This document shows, one piece after another, positions 12,501-24,500 of a stretch of DNA of 64,000 nt (positions within the stretch are counted from its first letter, which is position 1; each line of letters starts with the position of its first letter). Origin of the DNA: Macrostomum lignano (taxonomy: Eukaryota). Below the pieces are notes generated by a model, which saw nothing but the letters and a program-made list of their open reading frames with translations, was not told the origin of the DNA and did no database searches. The stretch lies in assembly GCA_002269645.1 (NCBI GenBank), contig NIVC01001794.1, positions 62,001 to 126,000 on the forward strand. The letters run 5' to 3'. The translations under genes were made by a program, and so were the position numbers.

Positions 12501-15500
12501 GAGACTCGGGTCCCACCGGCTCGACAACAGCCGCATCGGTCAGGAGATTCAGCTCAACAGATTACTCGACAACAACAGCTGCGTGAGCGCAGACGCACTG
12601 GAATGTCTAGCTACGCTGGCTACAATGCGACAATTTCGTGGGTTACGCTGAAGATGCGCTTCGTCGACAAGGACAACAACTTGGTTGCCGAGTGTCAGCC
12701 TACCTACGGATTCCTGGTTCCGCCGAAGCCAGTACCATCAATTGGCTTCCCGACAGTGGTAGTGCGAAAGAACGGCACCGCCACTATGTACGACTATCTG
12801 TATCCGGGAAATATTCTGAACGCTACTATCGACAAGTCGAATGCATCCGCACCGTGGTGCGACAGTCTCGGTCGCTCCGAGTTTCCTGGACCCGGACCCA
12901 ATGACCAGATTCGTCGGCTATGCCGAGAAGGGCCGAGGAAAGCCGCCTACTGCTATATTGAAGCACCGAGACTCTATACCGCCTATTCGTTCTACACCTA
13001 CTCTTATTATGGTGGCGCTCCTACCAAACAGTTTGGCTCTGGATATCTCCTGTTATCGATTGAAAATGTGCGCATGAGTTTGCACCTCAGACAGCCAGGC
13101 GATGCGAATCTGACATGCAGATTGTGGAACGGACTGCTGCCGATGCGCGACACGTCTCCGGCTGACAGAAGCTACTTTGGAGACGAGATTCTCCGAGTCG
13201 AGTACAGGCTAGGCTGCTCCTACGGCTACGAGCCCTGCCTTGTAACTAAAAACTGCGTCCGAGTTGGAAGTCCTTGTAGAGAGCAGCTCAATTGCAGCAT
13301 GGTGAGTCTTGAATTTTGTGCACAATTTAAAATTTAATTATTACAGTACTTTCAAAGTATTGGTTAGAGCTAACTTGCAAATGAAAATACTATGCTTTTC
13401 AGGGAACGATCGACTGCCCAGCGGCGAATAGCTGCGCAAACATCAGCTCGTGCATTGACAGTATGATTGCGATGGAGAAGAACTGCGCAGCAATCGACCA
13501 GGCAAGTACAATATTTATACCTTTTAATTACATGGTTACATACAATTGTAGAGTAAGCCTAGCGCGTTACATACGTTTCGCTAGTTGGCCTAGAAAATTC
13601 AGTGATATACTCGTATACATGTCTAGACGCATTGAAACACACTTTCTACAGAAATTCTGTCCGAAACAAGGATTCTGCTACAACCGAACGCTTTACCTGC
13701 CTTGGTCCACTTGTGACTATGCGAGTGAGAGATGCGACAATTTTACAGACTCAAGCGAGCCTGTCGAACTGGGCCGCTGCTATGGTGGATTCAACTTGTG
13801 TCTGGAAAAGAAGCAGTGCGACCAGGTGTCAGCGAAGAGGTCGTGCCCAAACAACAAGACCATAATCACATCGGTCTCGCCGACTAACTCCTGCTTCGTG
13901 CCTGCGACGCTGAATGTTCGCTTCACCGTTGTGCAGCAGGTAGGTCCACCAGTGATGAGACTCGGGTCCCACCGGCTCGACAACAGCCGCATCGGTCAGG
14001 AGATTCAGCTCAACAGATTACTCGACAACAACAGCTGCGTGAGCGCAGACGCACTGGAATGTCTAGCTACGCTGGCTACAATGCGACAATTTCGTGGGTT
14101 ACGCTGAAGATGCGCTTCGTCGACAAGGACAACAACTTGGTTGCCGAGTGTCAGCCTACCTACGGATTCCTGGTTCCGCCGAAGCCAGTACCATCAATTG
14201 GCTTCCCGACAGTGGTAGTGCGAAAGAACGGCACCGCCACTATGTACGACTATCTGTATCCGGGAAATATTCTGAACGCTACTATCGACAAGTCGAATGC
14301 ATCCGCACCGTGGTGCGACAGTCTCGGTCGCTCCGAGTTTCCTGGACCCGGACCCAATGACCAGATTCGTCGGCTATGCCGAGAAGGGCCGAGGAAAGCC
14401 GCCTACTGCTATATTGAAGCACCGAGACTCTATACCGCCTATTCGTTCTACACCTACTCTTATTATGGTGGCGCTCCTACCAAACAGTTTGGCTCTGGAT
14501 ATCTCCTGTTATCGATTGAAAATGTGCGCATGAGTTTGCACCTCAGACAGCCAGGCGATGCGAATCTGACATGCAGATTGTGGAACGGACTGCTGCCGAT
14601 GCGCGACACGTCTCCGGCTGACAGAAGCTACTTTGGAGACGAGATTCTCCGAGTCGAGTACAGGCTAGGCTGCTCCTACGGCTACGAGCCCTGCCTTGTA
14701 ACTAAAAACTGCGTCCGAGTTGGAAGTCCTTGTAGAGAGCAGCTCAATTGCAGCATGGTGAGTCTTGAATTTTGTGCACAATTTAAAATTTAATTATTAC
14801 AGTACTTTCAAAGTATTGGTTAGAGCTAACTTGCAAATGAAAATACTATGCTTTTCAGGGAACGATCGACTGCCCAGCGGCGAATAGCTGCGCAAACATC
14901 AGCTCGTGCATTGACAGTATGATTGCGATGGAGAAGAACTGCGCAGCAATCGACCAGGCAAGTACAATATTTATACCTTTTAATTACATGGTTACATACA
15001 ATTGTAGAGTAAGCCTAGCGCGTTACATACGTTTCGCTAGTTGGCCTAGAAAATTCAGTGATATACTCGTATACATGTCTAGACGCATTGAAACACACTT
15101 TCTACAGAAATTCTGTCCGAAACAAGGATTCTGCTACAACCGAACGCTTTACCTGCCTTGGTCCACTTGTGACTATGCGAGTGAGAGATGCGACAATTTT
15201 ACAGACTCAAGCGAGCCTGTCGAACTGGGCCGCTGCTATGGTGGATTCAACTTGTGTCTGGAAAAGAAGCAGTGCGACCAGGTGTCAGCGAAGAGGTCGT
15301 GCCCAAACAACAAGACCATAATCACATCGGTCTCGCCGACTAACTCCTGCTTCGTGCCTGCGACGCTGAATGTTCGCTTCACCGTTGTGCAGCAGGTAGG
15401 TCCACCAGTGATGAGACTCGGGTCCCACCGGCTCGACAACAGCCGCATCGGTCAGGAGATTCAGCTCAACAGATTACTCGACAACAACAGCTGCGTGAGC

Positions 15501-18500
15501 GCAGACGCACTGGGAATGTCTAGCTACGCTGGCTACAATGCGACAATTTCGTGGGTTACGCTGAAGATGCGCTTCGTCGACAAGGACAACAACTTGGTTG
15601 CCGAGTGTCAGCCTACCTACGGATTCCTGGTTCCGCCGAAGCCAGTACCATCAATTGGCTTCCCGACAGTGGTAGTGCGAAAGAACGGCACCGCCACTAT
15701 GTACGACTATCTGTATCCGGGAAATATTCTGAACGCTACTATCGACAAGTCGAATGCATCCGCACCGTGGTGCGACAGTCTCGGTCGCTCCGAGTTTCCT
15801 GGACCCGGACCCAATGACCAGATTCGTCGGCTATGCCGAGAAGGGCCGAGGAAAGCCGCCTACTGCTATATTGAAGCACCGAGACTCTATACCGCCTATT
15901 CGTTCTACACCTACTCTTATTATGGTGGCGCTCCTACCAAACAGTTTGGCTCTGGATATCTCCTGTTATCGATTGAAAATGTGCGCATGAGTTTGCACCT
16001 CAGACAGCCAGGCGATGCGAATCTGACATGCAGATTGTGGAACGGACTGCTGCCGATGCGCGACACGTCTCCGGCTGACAGAAGCTACTTTGGAGACGAG
16101 ATTCTCCGAGTCGAGTACAGGCTAGGCTGCTCCTACGGCTACGAGCCCTGCCTTGTAACTAAAAACTGCGTCCGAGTTGGAAGTCCTTGTAGAGAGCAGC
16201 TCAATTGCAGCATGGTGAGTCTTGAATTTTGTGCACAATTTAAAATTTAATTATTACAGTACTTTCAAAGTATTGGTTAGAGCTAACTTGCAAATGAAAA
16301 TACTATGCTTTTCAGGGAACGATCGACTGCCCAGCGGCGAATAGCTGCGCAAACATCAGCTCGTGCATTGACAGTATGATTGCGATGGAGAAGAACTGCG
16401 CAGCAATCGACCAGGCAAGTACAATATTTATACCTTTTAATTACATGGTTACATACAATTGTAGAGTAGCCTAGCGCGTTACATACGTTTCGCTAGTTGG
16501 CCTAGAAAATTCAGTGATATACTCGTATACATGTCTAGACGCATTGAAACACACTTTCTACAGAAATTCTGTCCGAAACAAGGATTCTGCTACAACCGAA
16601 CGCTTTACCTGCCTTGGTCCACTTGTGACTATGCGAGTGAGAGATGCGACAATTTTACAGACTCAAGCGAGCCTGTCGAACTGGGCCGCTGCTATGGTGG
16701 ATTCAACTTGTGTCTGGAAAAGAAGCAGTGCGACCAGGTGTCAGCGAAGAGGTCGTGCCCAAACAACAAGACCATAATCACATCGGTCTCGCCGACTAAC
16801 TCCTGCTTCGTGCCTGCGACGCTGAATGTTCGCTTCACCGTTGTGCAGCAGGTAGGTCCACCAGTGATGAGACTCGGGTCCCACCGGCTCGACAACAGCC
16901 GCATCGGTCAGGAGATTCAGCTCAACAGATTACTCGACAACAACAGCTGCGTGAGCGCAGACGCACTGGAATGTCTAGCTACGCTGGCTACAATGCGACA
17001 ATTTCGTGGGTTACGCTGAAGATGCGCTTCGTCGACAAGGACAACAACTTGGTTGCCGAGTGTCAGCCTACCTACGGATTCCTGGTTCCGCCGAAGCCAG
17101 TACCATCAATTGGCTTCCCGACAGTGGTAGTGCGAAAGAACGGCACCGCCACTATGTACGACTATCTGTATCCGGGAAATATTCTGAACGCTACTATCGA
17201 CAAGTCGAATGCATCCGCACCGTGGTGCGACAGTCTCGGTCGCTCCGAGTTTCCTGGACCCGGACCCAATGACCAGATTCGTCGGCTATGCCGAGAAGGG
17301 CCGAGGAAAGCCGCCTACTGCTATATTGAAGCACCGAGACTCTATACCGCCTATTCGTTCTACACCTACTCTTATTATGGTGGCGCTCCTACCAAACAGT
17401 TTGGCTCTGGATATCTCCTGTTATCGATTGAAAATGTGCGCATGAGTTTGCACCTCAGACAGCCAGGCGATGCGAATCTGACATGCAGATTGTGGAACGG
17501 ACTGCTGCCGATGCGCGACACGTCTCCGGCTGACAGAAGCTACTTTGGAGACGAGATTCTCCGAGTCGAGTACAGGCTAGGCTGCTCCTACGGCTACGAG
17601 CCCTGCCTTGTAACTAAAAACTGCGTCCGAGTTGGAAGTCCTTGTAGAGAGCAGCTCAATTGCAGCATGGTGAGTCTTGAATTTTGTGCACAATTTAAAT
17701 TTAATTATTACAGTACTTTCAAAGTATTGGTTAGAGCTAACTTGCAAATGAAAATACTATGCTTTTCAGGGAACGATCGACTGCCCAGCGGCGAATAGCT
17801 GCGCAAACATCAGCTCGTGCATTGACAGTATGATTGCGATGGAGAAGAACTGCGCAGCAATCGACCAGGCAAGTACAATATTTATACCTTTTAATTACAT
17901 GGTTACATACAATTGTAGAGTAAGCCTAGCGCGTTACATACGTTTCGCTAGTTGGCCTAGAAAATTCAGTGATATACTCGTATACATGTCTAGACGCATT
18001 GAAACACACTTTCTACAGAAATTCTGTCCGAAACAAGGATTCTGCTACAACCGAACGCTTTACCTGCCTTGGTCCACTTGTGACTATGCGAGTGAGAGAT
18101 GCGACAATTTTACAGTCTCAAGCGAGCCTGTCGAACTGGGCCGCTGCTATGGTGGATTCAACTTGTGTCTGGAAAAGAAGCAGTGCGACCAGGTGTCAGC
18201 GAAGAGGTCGTGCCCAAACAACAAGACCATAATCACATCGGTCTCGCCGACTAACTCCTGCTTCGTGCCTGCGACGCTGAATGTTCGCTTCACCGTTGTG
18301 CAGCAGGTAGGTCCACCAGTGATGAGACTCGGGTCCCACCGGCTCGACAACAGCCGCATCGGTCAGGAGATTCAGCTCAACAGATTACTCGACAACAACA
18401 GCTGCGTGAGCGCAGACGCACTGGGAATGTCTAGCTACGCTGGCTACAATGCGACAATTTCGTGGGTTACGCTGAAGATGCGCTTCGTCGACAAGGACAA

Positions 18501-21500
18501 CAACTTGGTTGCCGAGTGTCAGCCTACCTACGGATTCCTGGTTCCGCCGAAGCCAGTACCATCAATTGGCTTCCCGACAGTGGTAGTGCGAAAGAACGGC
18601 ACCGCCACTATGTACGACTATCTGTATCCGGGAAATATTCTGAACGCTACTATCGACAAGTCGAATGCATCCGCACCGTGGTGCGACAGTCTCGGTCGCT
18701 CCGAGTTTCCTGGACCCGGACCCAATGACCAGATTCGTCGGCTATGCCGAGAAGGGCCGAGGAAAGCCGCCTACTGCTATATTGAAGCACCGAGACTCTA
18801 TACCGCCTATTCGTTCTACACCTACTCTTACTATGGTGGCGCTCCTACCAAACAGTTTGGCTCTGGATATCTCCTGTTATCGATTGAAAATGTGCGCATG
18901 AGTTTGCACCTCAGACAGCCAGGCGATGCGAATCTGACATGCAGATTGTGGAACGGACTGCTGCCGATGCGCGACACGTCTGCGGCTGACAGAAGCTACT
19001 TTGGAGACGAGATTCTCCGAGTCGAGTACAGGCTAGGCTGCTCCTACGGCTACGAGCCCTGCCTTGTAACTAAAAACTGCGTCCGAGTTGGAAGTCCTTG
19101 TAGAGAGCAGCTCAATTGCAGCATGGTGAGTCTTGAATTTTGTGCACAATTTGAAATTTAATTATTACAGTACTTTTAAAGTATTGGTTAGAGCTAACTT
19201 GCAAATGAAAATGCTATGCTTTTCAGGGAACTATCGACTGCCCAGCGGCGAATAGCTGCGCAAACATCAGCTCGTGCATTGACAGTATGATTGCGATGGA
19301 GAAGAACTGCGCAGCAACCGACCAGGCAAGTACAATATTTATACCTTTTAATTACATGGTTACATACAATTGTAGAGTAGGCCTAGCGCGTTACATACGT
19401 TTAGCTAGTTGGCCTAGAAAATTCAGTGATATACTCGTATACATGTCTAGACGCATTGAAACACACTTTCTACAGAAATTCTGTCCGAAACAAGGATTCT
19501 GCTACAACCGAACGCTTTACCTGCCTTGGTCCACTTGTGACTATGCGAGTGAGAGATGCGACAATTTTACAGACTCAAGCGAGCCTGTCGAACTGGGCCG
19601 CTGCTATGGTGGATTCAACTTGTGTCTGGAAAAGAAGCAGTGCGACCAGGTGTCAGCGAAGAGGTCGTGCCCAAACAACAAGACCATAATCACATCGGTC
19701 TCGCCGACTAACTCCTGCTTCGTGCCTGCGACGCTGAATGTTCGCTTCACCGTTGTGCAGCAGGTAGGTCCACCAGTGATGAGACTCGGGTCCCACCGGC
19801 TCGACAACAGCCGCATCGGTCAGGAGATTCAGCTCAACAGATTACTCGACAACAACAGCTGCGTGAGCGCAGACGCACTGGGAATGTCTAGCTACGCTGG
19901 CTACAATGCGACAATTTCGTGGGTTACGCTAAAGATGCGCTTCGTCGACAAGGACAACAACTTGGTTGCCGAGTGTCAGCCTACCTACGGATTCCTGGTT
20001 CCGCCGAAGCCAGTACCATCAATTGGCTTCCCGACAGTGGTAGTGCGAAAGAACGGCACCGCCACTATGTACGACTATCTGTATCCGGGAAATATTCTGA
20101 ACGCTACTATCGACAAGTCGAATGCATCCGCACCGTGGTGCGACAGTCTCGGTCGCTCCGAGTTTCCTGGACCCGGACCCAACGACCAGATTCGTCGGCT
20201 ATGCCGAGAAGGGCCGAGGAAAGCCGCCTACTGCTATATTGAAGCACCGAGACGCTATACCAATCATTTTTTTCACGTGTACTCTTACAATGGTGGCGCT
20301 TCTGTCAGACAGTTTGGCTCTGGATATCTCCTGTTATCGGTTGAGAATGTGCGCATGCATTTGCGGTTGGGTCAGCCAGGCAATGTGAATCTCACATGCA
20401 AATTGTGGAACGGACTTCTTCCTGTGCAGGACACGTCTCTGACTGACGGCAACTACTTTGGAGACGAGATTCTTCGAGTTAAGTACGAGATTGATTGTAT
20501 TTCAGGCTTGTACCCGTGTCTGTCAGCTCCAGCCTGTCTTCCAGCTGGCACCTCGTGTCGAGAGCGCAAGAAGTGCACCTTGGTAACTAGTTGGACTTTA
20601 TTGTTTCGGAATACTTCCCAAAGCAAATTTAGAAACAATTTTGTTCGGCTAGAACTGATGACGCATTTGTATTTAATCACAGGGTGAGTTCGACTGTCCT
20701 GCTGTTAATGGCTGCGCAAACATGAGCACCTGTTTAGAACGTCTCATGGCTTTGGAGGAGCAGTGTTCTTTAAATGGATTGGTGAGTGCTTGTTCGTTTC
20801 TTGTTTTATGTTACAGATATGTGTATTAAAATATCTTTATGTGCATCTACGGCGTTCGTATACATTTTAAAAAATATACTGAAGGAAGTGTAACACATAG
20901 CTACCAATGATCATATATACACAAGAAGGGCCACTCATTAGCCACTTATGTGGCCATAGAGGCTAATGTAAAAAAATTGAGACTCGCGATAGCGACAAAA
21001 TCAACTACTGAACTCTGTTTCGTTAGCAGTCTCTGCAGTGTATGGATAATTCTTAGTTTGATTGAGTATCTTTTTATTCAATTCATGAGAAGTTCTATTA
21101 AATTCTCAAAAAAAACGTTTATGTCGCAAAGCTACTGAACTCAAATTTATAAGCAACCCTGTCGGCTTTTTCGTACAAGTGACGAAAAACAGCGCTTGCA
21201 CTTTCCCTATTACCGCCATACAAAGTGGCCTACCTGGTATCTAGGGAATATAAGATCTATGATAGCTACCCTTAGAGAAATCATTTTTAGTACATACACT
21301 CAGCAACATTGAAAAGTTTCCACCCTAGCGCGCGAGGGTCAACGTTTTGGTGGGTGGAAATATTCGTGGTTTGAGCCATAGACAAATATATAATCCGGAT
21401 TCGAACGAGGCAAAGGAACAGCAAAGAAACAAAGTACGCGAGCATGGGTGACAACTTGCCCAGAACAGGGTCAGTAACGCGTATAGCAGCCACGTGCGTC

Positions 21501-24500
21501 CAGCAGAGCGCTCACTCTCCGGGGCATCCCCAGAAACAGGCGTCGCAGAAAGTCTTGCCGTAGTTGTTGCCATGCAGTAGACAGTGATTCGCGCAGTTGG
21601 GCAACGTTTTGCGGCGGATTTTCGCGCCGAATCGAGCGCTTCAGGTAATCCCAGCGTCCAGCATGCCAATGGCGCGCGCTCGTTCCAGGTCGGTCATTTG
21701 GCGAAGCATTGCGTTCGGTTGCGAACATGGATTTTAGACTCCTGTAAGCTGCTGCTGTCTGCTCCATGTGACTGTTTTCTTCGACCTGTCTGGCGTCTAT
21801 TACCCAAGTTTTTGTCTATGGCCCAAGTGCGTGTTGACGAAATCATCAATCGTCTATGGCACAAGTCTGGCGACAAAACCAGTTTTGAAACTCTTTGGTA
21901 ATTTTGGTAACTTTGGTGACTTTTCAATTTTGCTGAGTGTATGAGGACTATAGCAGTCTACTGGTTCCCTCGGTTTTTAATAAACTACATGTAGCTTCTC
22001 GCCCCTCAGCCTTGACGCCTCAGCATTCCCCCCAGCAATCCTTGACATCTCAGCAATTCCCTCCGTCAGCCTTGAAATATCAGCAATTCCGTCAGAAGAC
22101 CTTGACATCACAGCAATTCTTTCCAAGAGTCACAGCATTGAAGCAATTCCCCCAAGCCTTGACATCGTAGGTATTCCAAAATATTTACTTGAATGACGAT
22201 TTTAATCAAAAAATTACGCGACTAAGATTTGAACCACTAAGCTAGGGACGAAAATTACTTATGTTAACCCTTAAAAATAAAAGCACATTTTCTTAAAAGC
22301 ATTTTGTCTTCAGTTTTACAAATCATTTTATTCCATTAAAATTATCAGGACAAGGAGTTTTGCTATAAATCTCTTTTTATTGAAAAAAACAAAAAAACAA
22401 CAAAAGAAAGTTGAATAGATAAAGATAAGAAGCATTCCCCCCCAATAGTAAATAACGCAATACTAATTTACGCTTAATTAGAAAGTTTAAGGCTTAAGAC
22501 CTTTAAAAAGTTCGTGCATAAATAAATAGTCCGAACCTCGCTATGAATATTAGATTAATAGCCGAAACAATTCTGAAATGATTTGCTCGATTTTCGATCC
22601 AAGAAGCCAGAAATGTCAGCAATTTGATGCACTCGCTCCTTAAAGTGTCAAAAATTGCAGCAGAAAAATCTTATCTGTAATATTTTACACATACTACCAT
22701 GCGAAAACTATTGAAAACTAACAGTTCTGAGGGCATTGCCAGCATCTAGAGATCTTTGAAAATAGGAATTCTAATAAAATGATACTCATTTCATGCTAAG
22801 GTGATTCTTTAGATTTGATCTCTCCAAAGCCTTTCAATCTTACACCTCTCCAATATTCAGAAATCGTGTACAAAACAAGGAATCTGCTACAACAGAAGTG
22901 TTCACATGTCTTGGGACGACTGCAATTACATGAACAGCCCGTGTGACAATGCCACCAGCACCAGCACTGATCCTCTGATCCGATGCTATACCGGATACCA
23001 CATGTGTCTAAGACAGATACAGTGCGATGAAGTGGAGGCAAAGAGGTCGTGTCCCAACAACAAGACCATCATCACGTCCGTGTCGCCAACAAACTCCTGC
23101 TCCATTCCTCCGCGTCTGAATTTTCGCTTCACCGTCGTGCAGCAAGTGGGTCCTCCAGTGATGAGAATCGGATCCAACAAGCTCGACAACAGCCGCATCG
23201 GACAGGAAATTACACTCGACAGGCTTCTCGATAACAACAGCTGCGTGAGCGCAGATGCTCTGGGAATGTCCAACTACGCCGGCTCCAATGCGAGTCTATC
23301 GTGGGTAAAGCTGAGGGTTCGCTACTTCAACAAGGACAACAAGGTAGTCGCCGAGTGTCAGCCTACCTACGGATTTCTGCTTCCGCCGAAGTCGCGACCG
23401 CCACCAGCTGGATTTCCGACAGTCGTGGTAGAAAAGAACGGCACTGGATCCATGTATGACGATGTCTACCCAAATAATATTTTAGGTCCAGTATTGAACC
23501 AGTCTACAGCCTCTGCCCCGTGGTGCGACAGTCTCGGTTTGCCCGAGTTTCCCGAATCCGCTCTCAACGACCACGTTCGTCAGCTGTGTCGAGAGGCGCC
23601 GAGCAAGGCTGCCTACTGCTACATTGAGGCGTCGTCGCTCTACACCGAATATTCGTTCACGCCTACTCCTACTATGGCAGTGCTCCTGTCAGAAAGTTTG
23701 GCCCAGGATACCTATCGCTTTCTGTTGACAGCTCTTACTTTAATGTGCAACTCAGACAGCCAGGCAGTGTGAATTTTACATGCAGACTGTGGAACGGACT
23801 GCTGCCGGAGCAGGACACGCCTCCGACTGACGGAAACTACTTTGGCGACGAGATTCTCCGAATTCAGTATTCATCCATCTGCTATCCTGGATATGTTCCC
23901 TGTTTGGCTTCAAAGACTTGTATTCCTTCTGATAATTTGTGCGAAGCGCCGACAATTTATCCTCGTACAACAATCGGTCCAGAAACTACAAATGATCAGA
24001 TTACTACAGAGAAGCCTAAGGATTGCCGATACAAAGTGGGTACAAGCAACTTTATGATTTATTCGAGTCGTTCCAACTTCATGAAACCCATTGCTGTCGT
24101 TTTGCACAGGTTTCCTGCCCACCCAGCGGTCAACTACTCTGCAAGGCTGCTTGTGTGCTGTCTCTTGTCGATCAGGGTGCACGGTGCAACGCACAAGGCA
24201 AGGTAGGTATCAAAATGGCTGTTTTTTTAGCTTTTTAGCTTCTTTAGCTTATTTTTCTCGACAATACGAGCTTCGCTCGTATCTGTGAGAATGCTACAGC
24301 TGGGTCAAGCTTCTGTGCGTCTCTGCCTCAAAATTTCACGATATGCGAGGGCGCCAATGAGGTAAGCAACAGAATGCATTCTACTGAATGCCTACTAATT
24401 TTTTGAGTTACATTCGTAGCAGGTAAAAAAGCTCATTGTTTGTATTGCTAATGCGCGGTGACGAGATTGCTTCATTCAAAATGCTCATCCTTAGACTGCC

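Noticed and set aside
10868-20388. Recurrent 70-107-aa alternative-frame and antisense ORFs in the array
   Set aside because: They are shadows of the main coding exon, repeated only because the unit is repeated.
12007-20687. Reading the array as separate single-exon genes starting MIAMEKNC
   Set aside because: That Met lies mid mini-exon with no signal peptide; flanking splice sites and exon 1 at 9581 support one spliced gene.
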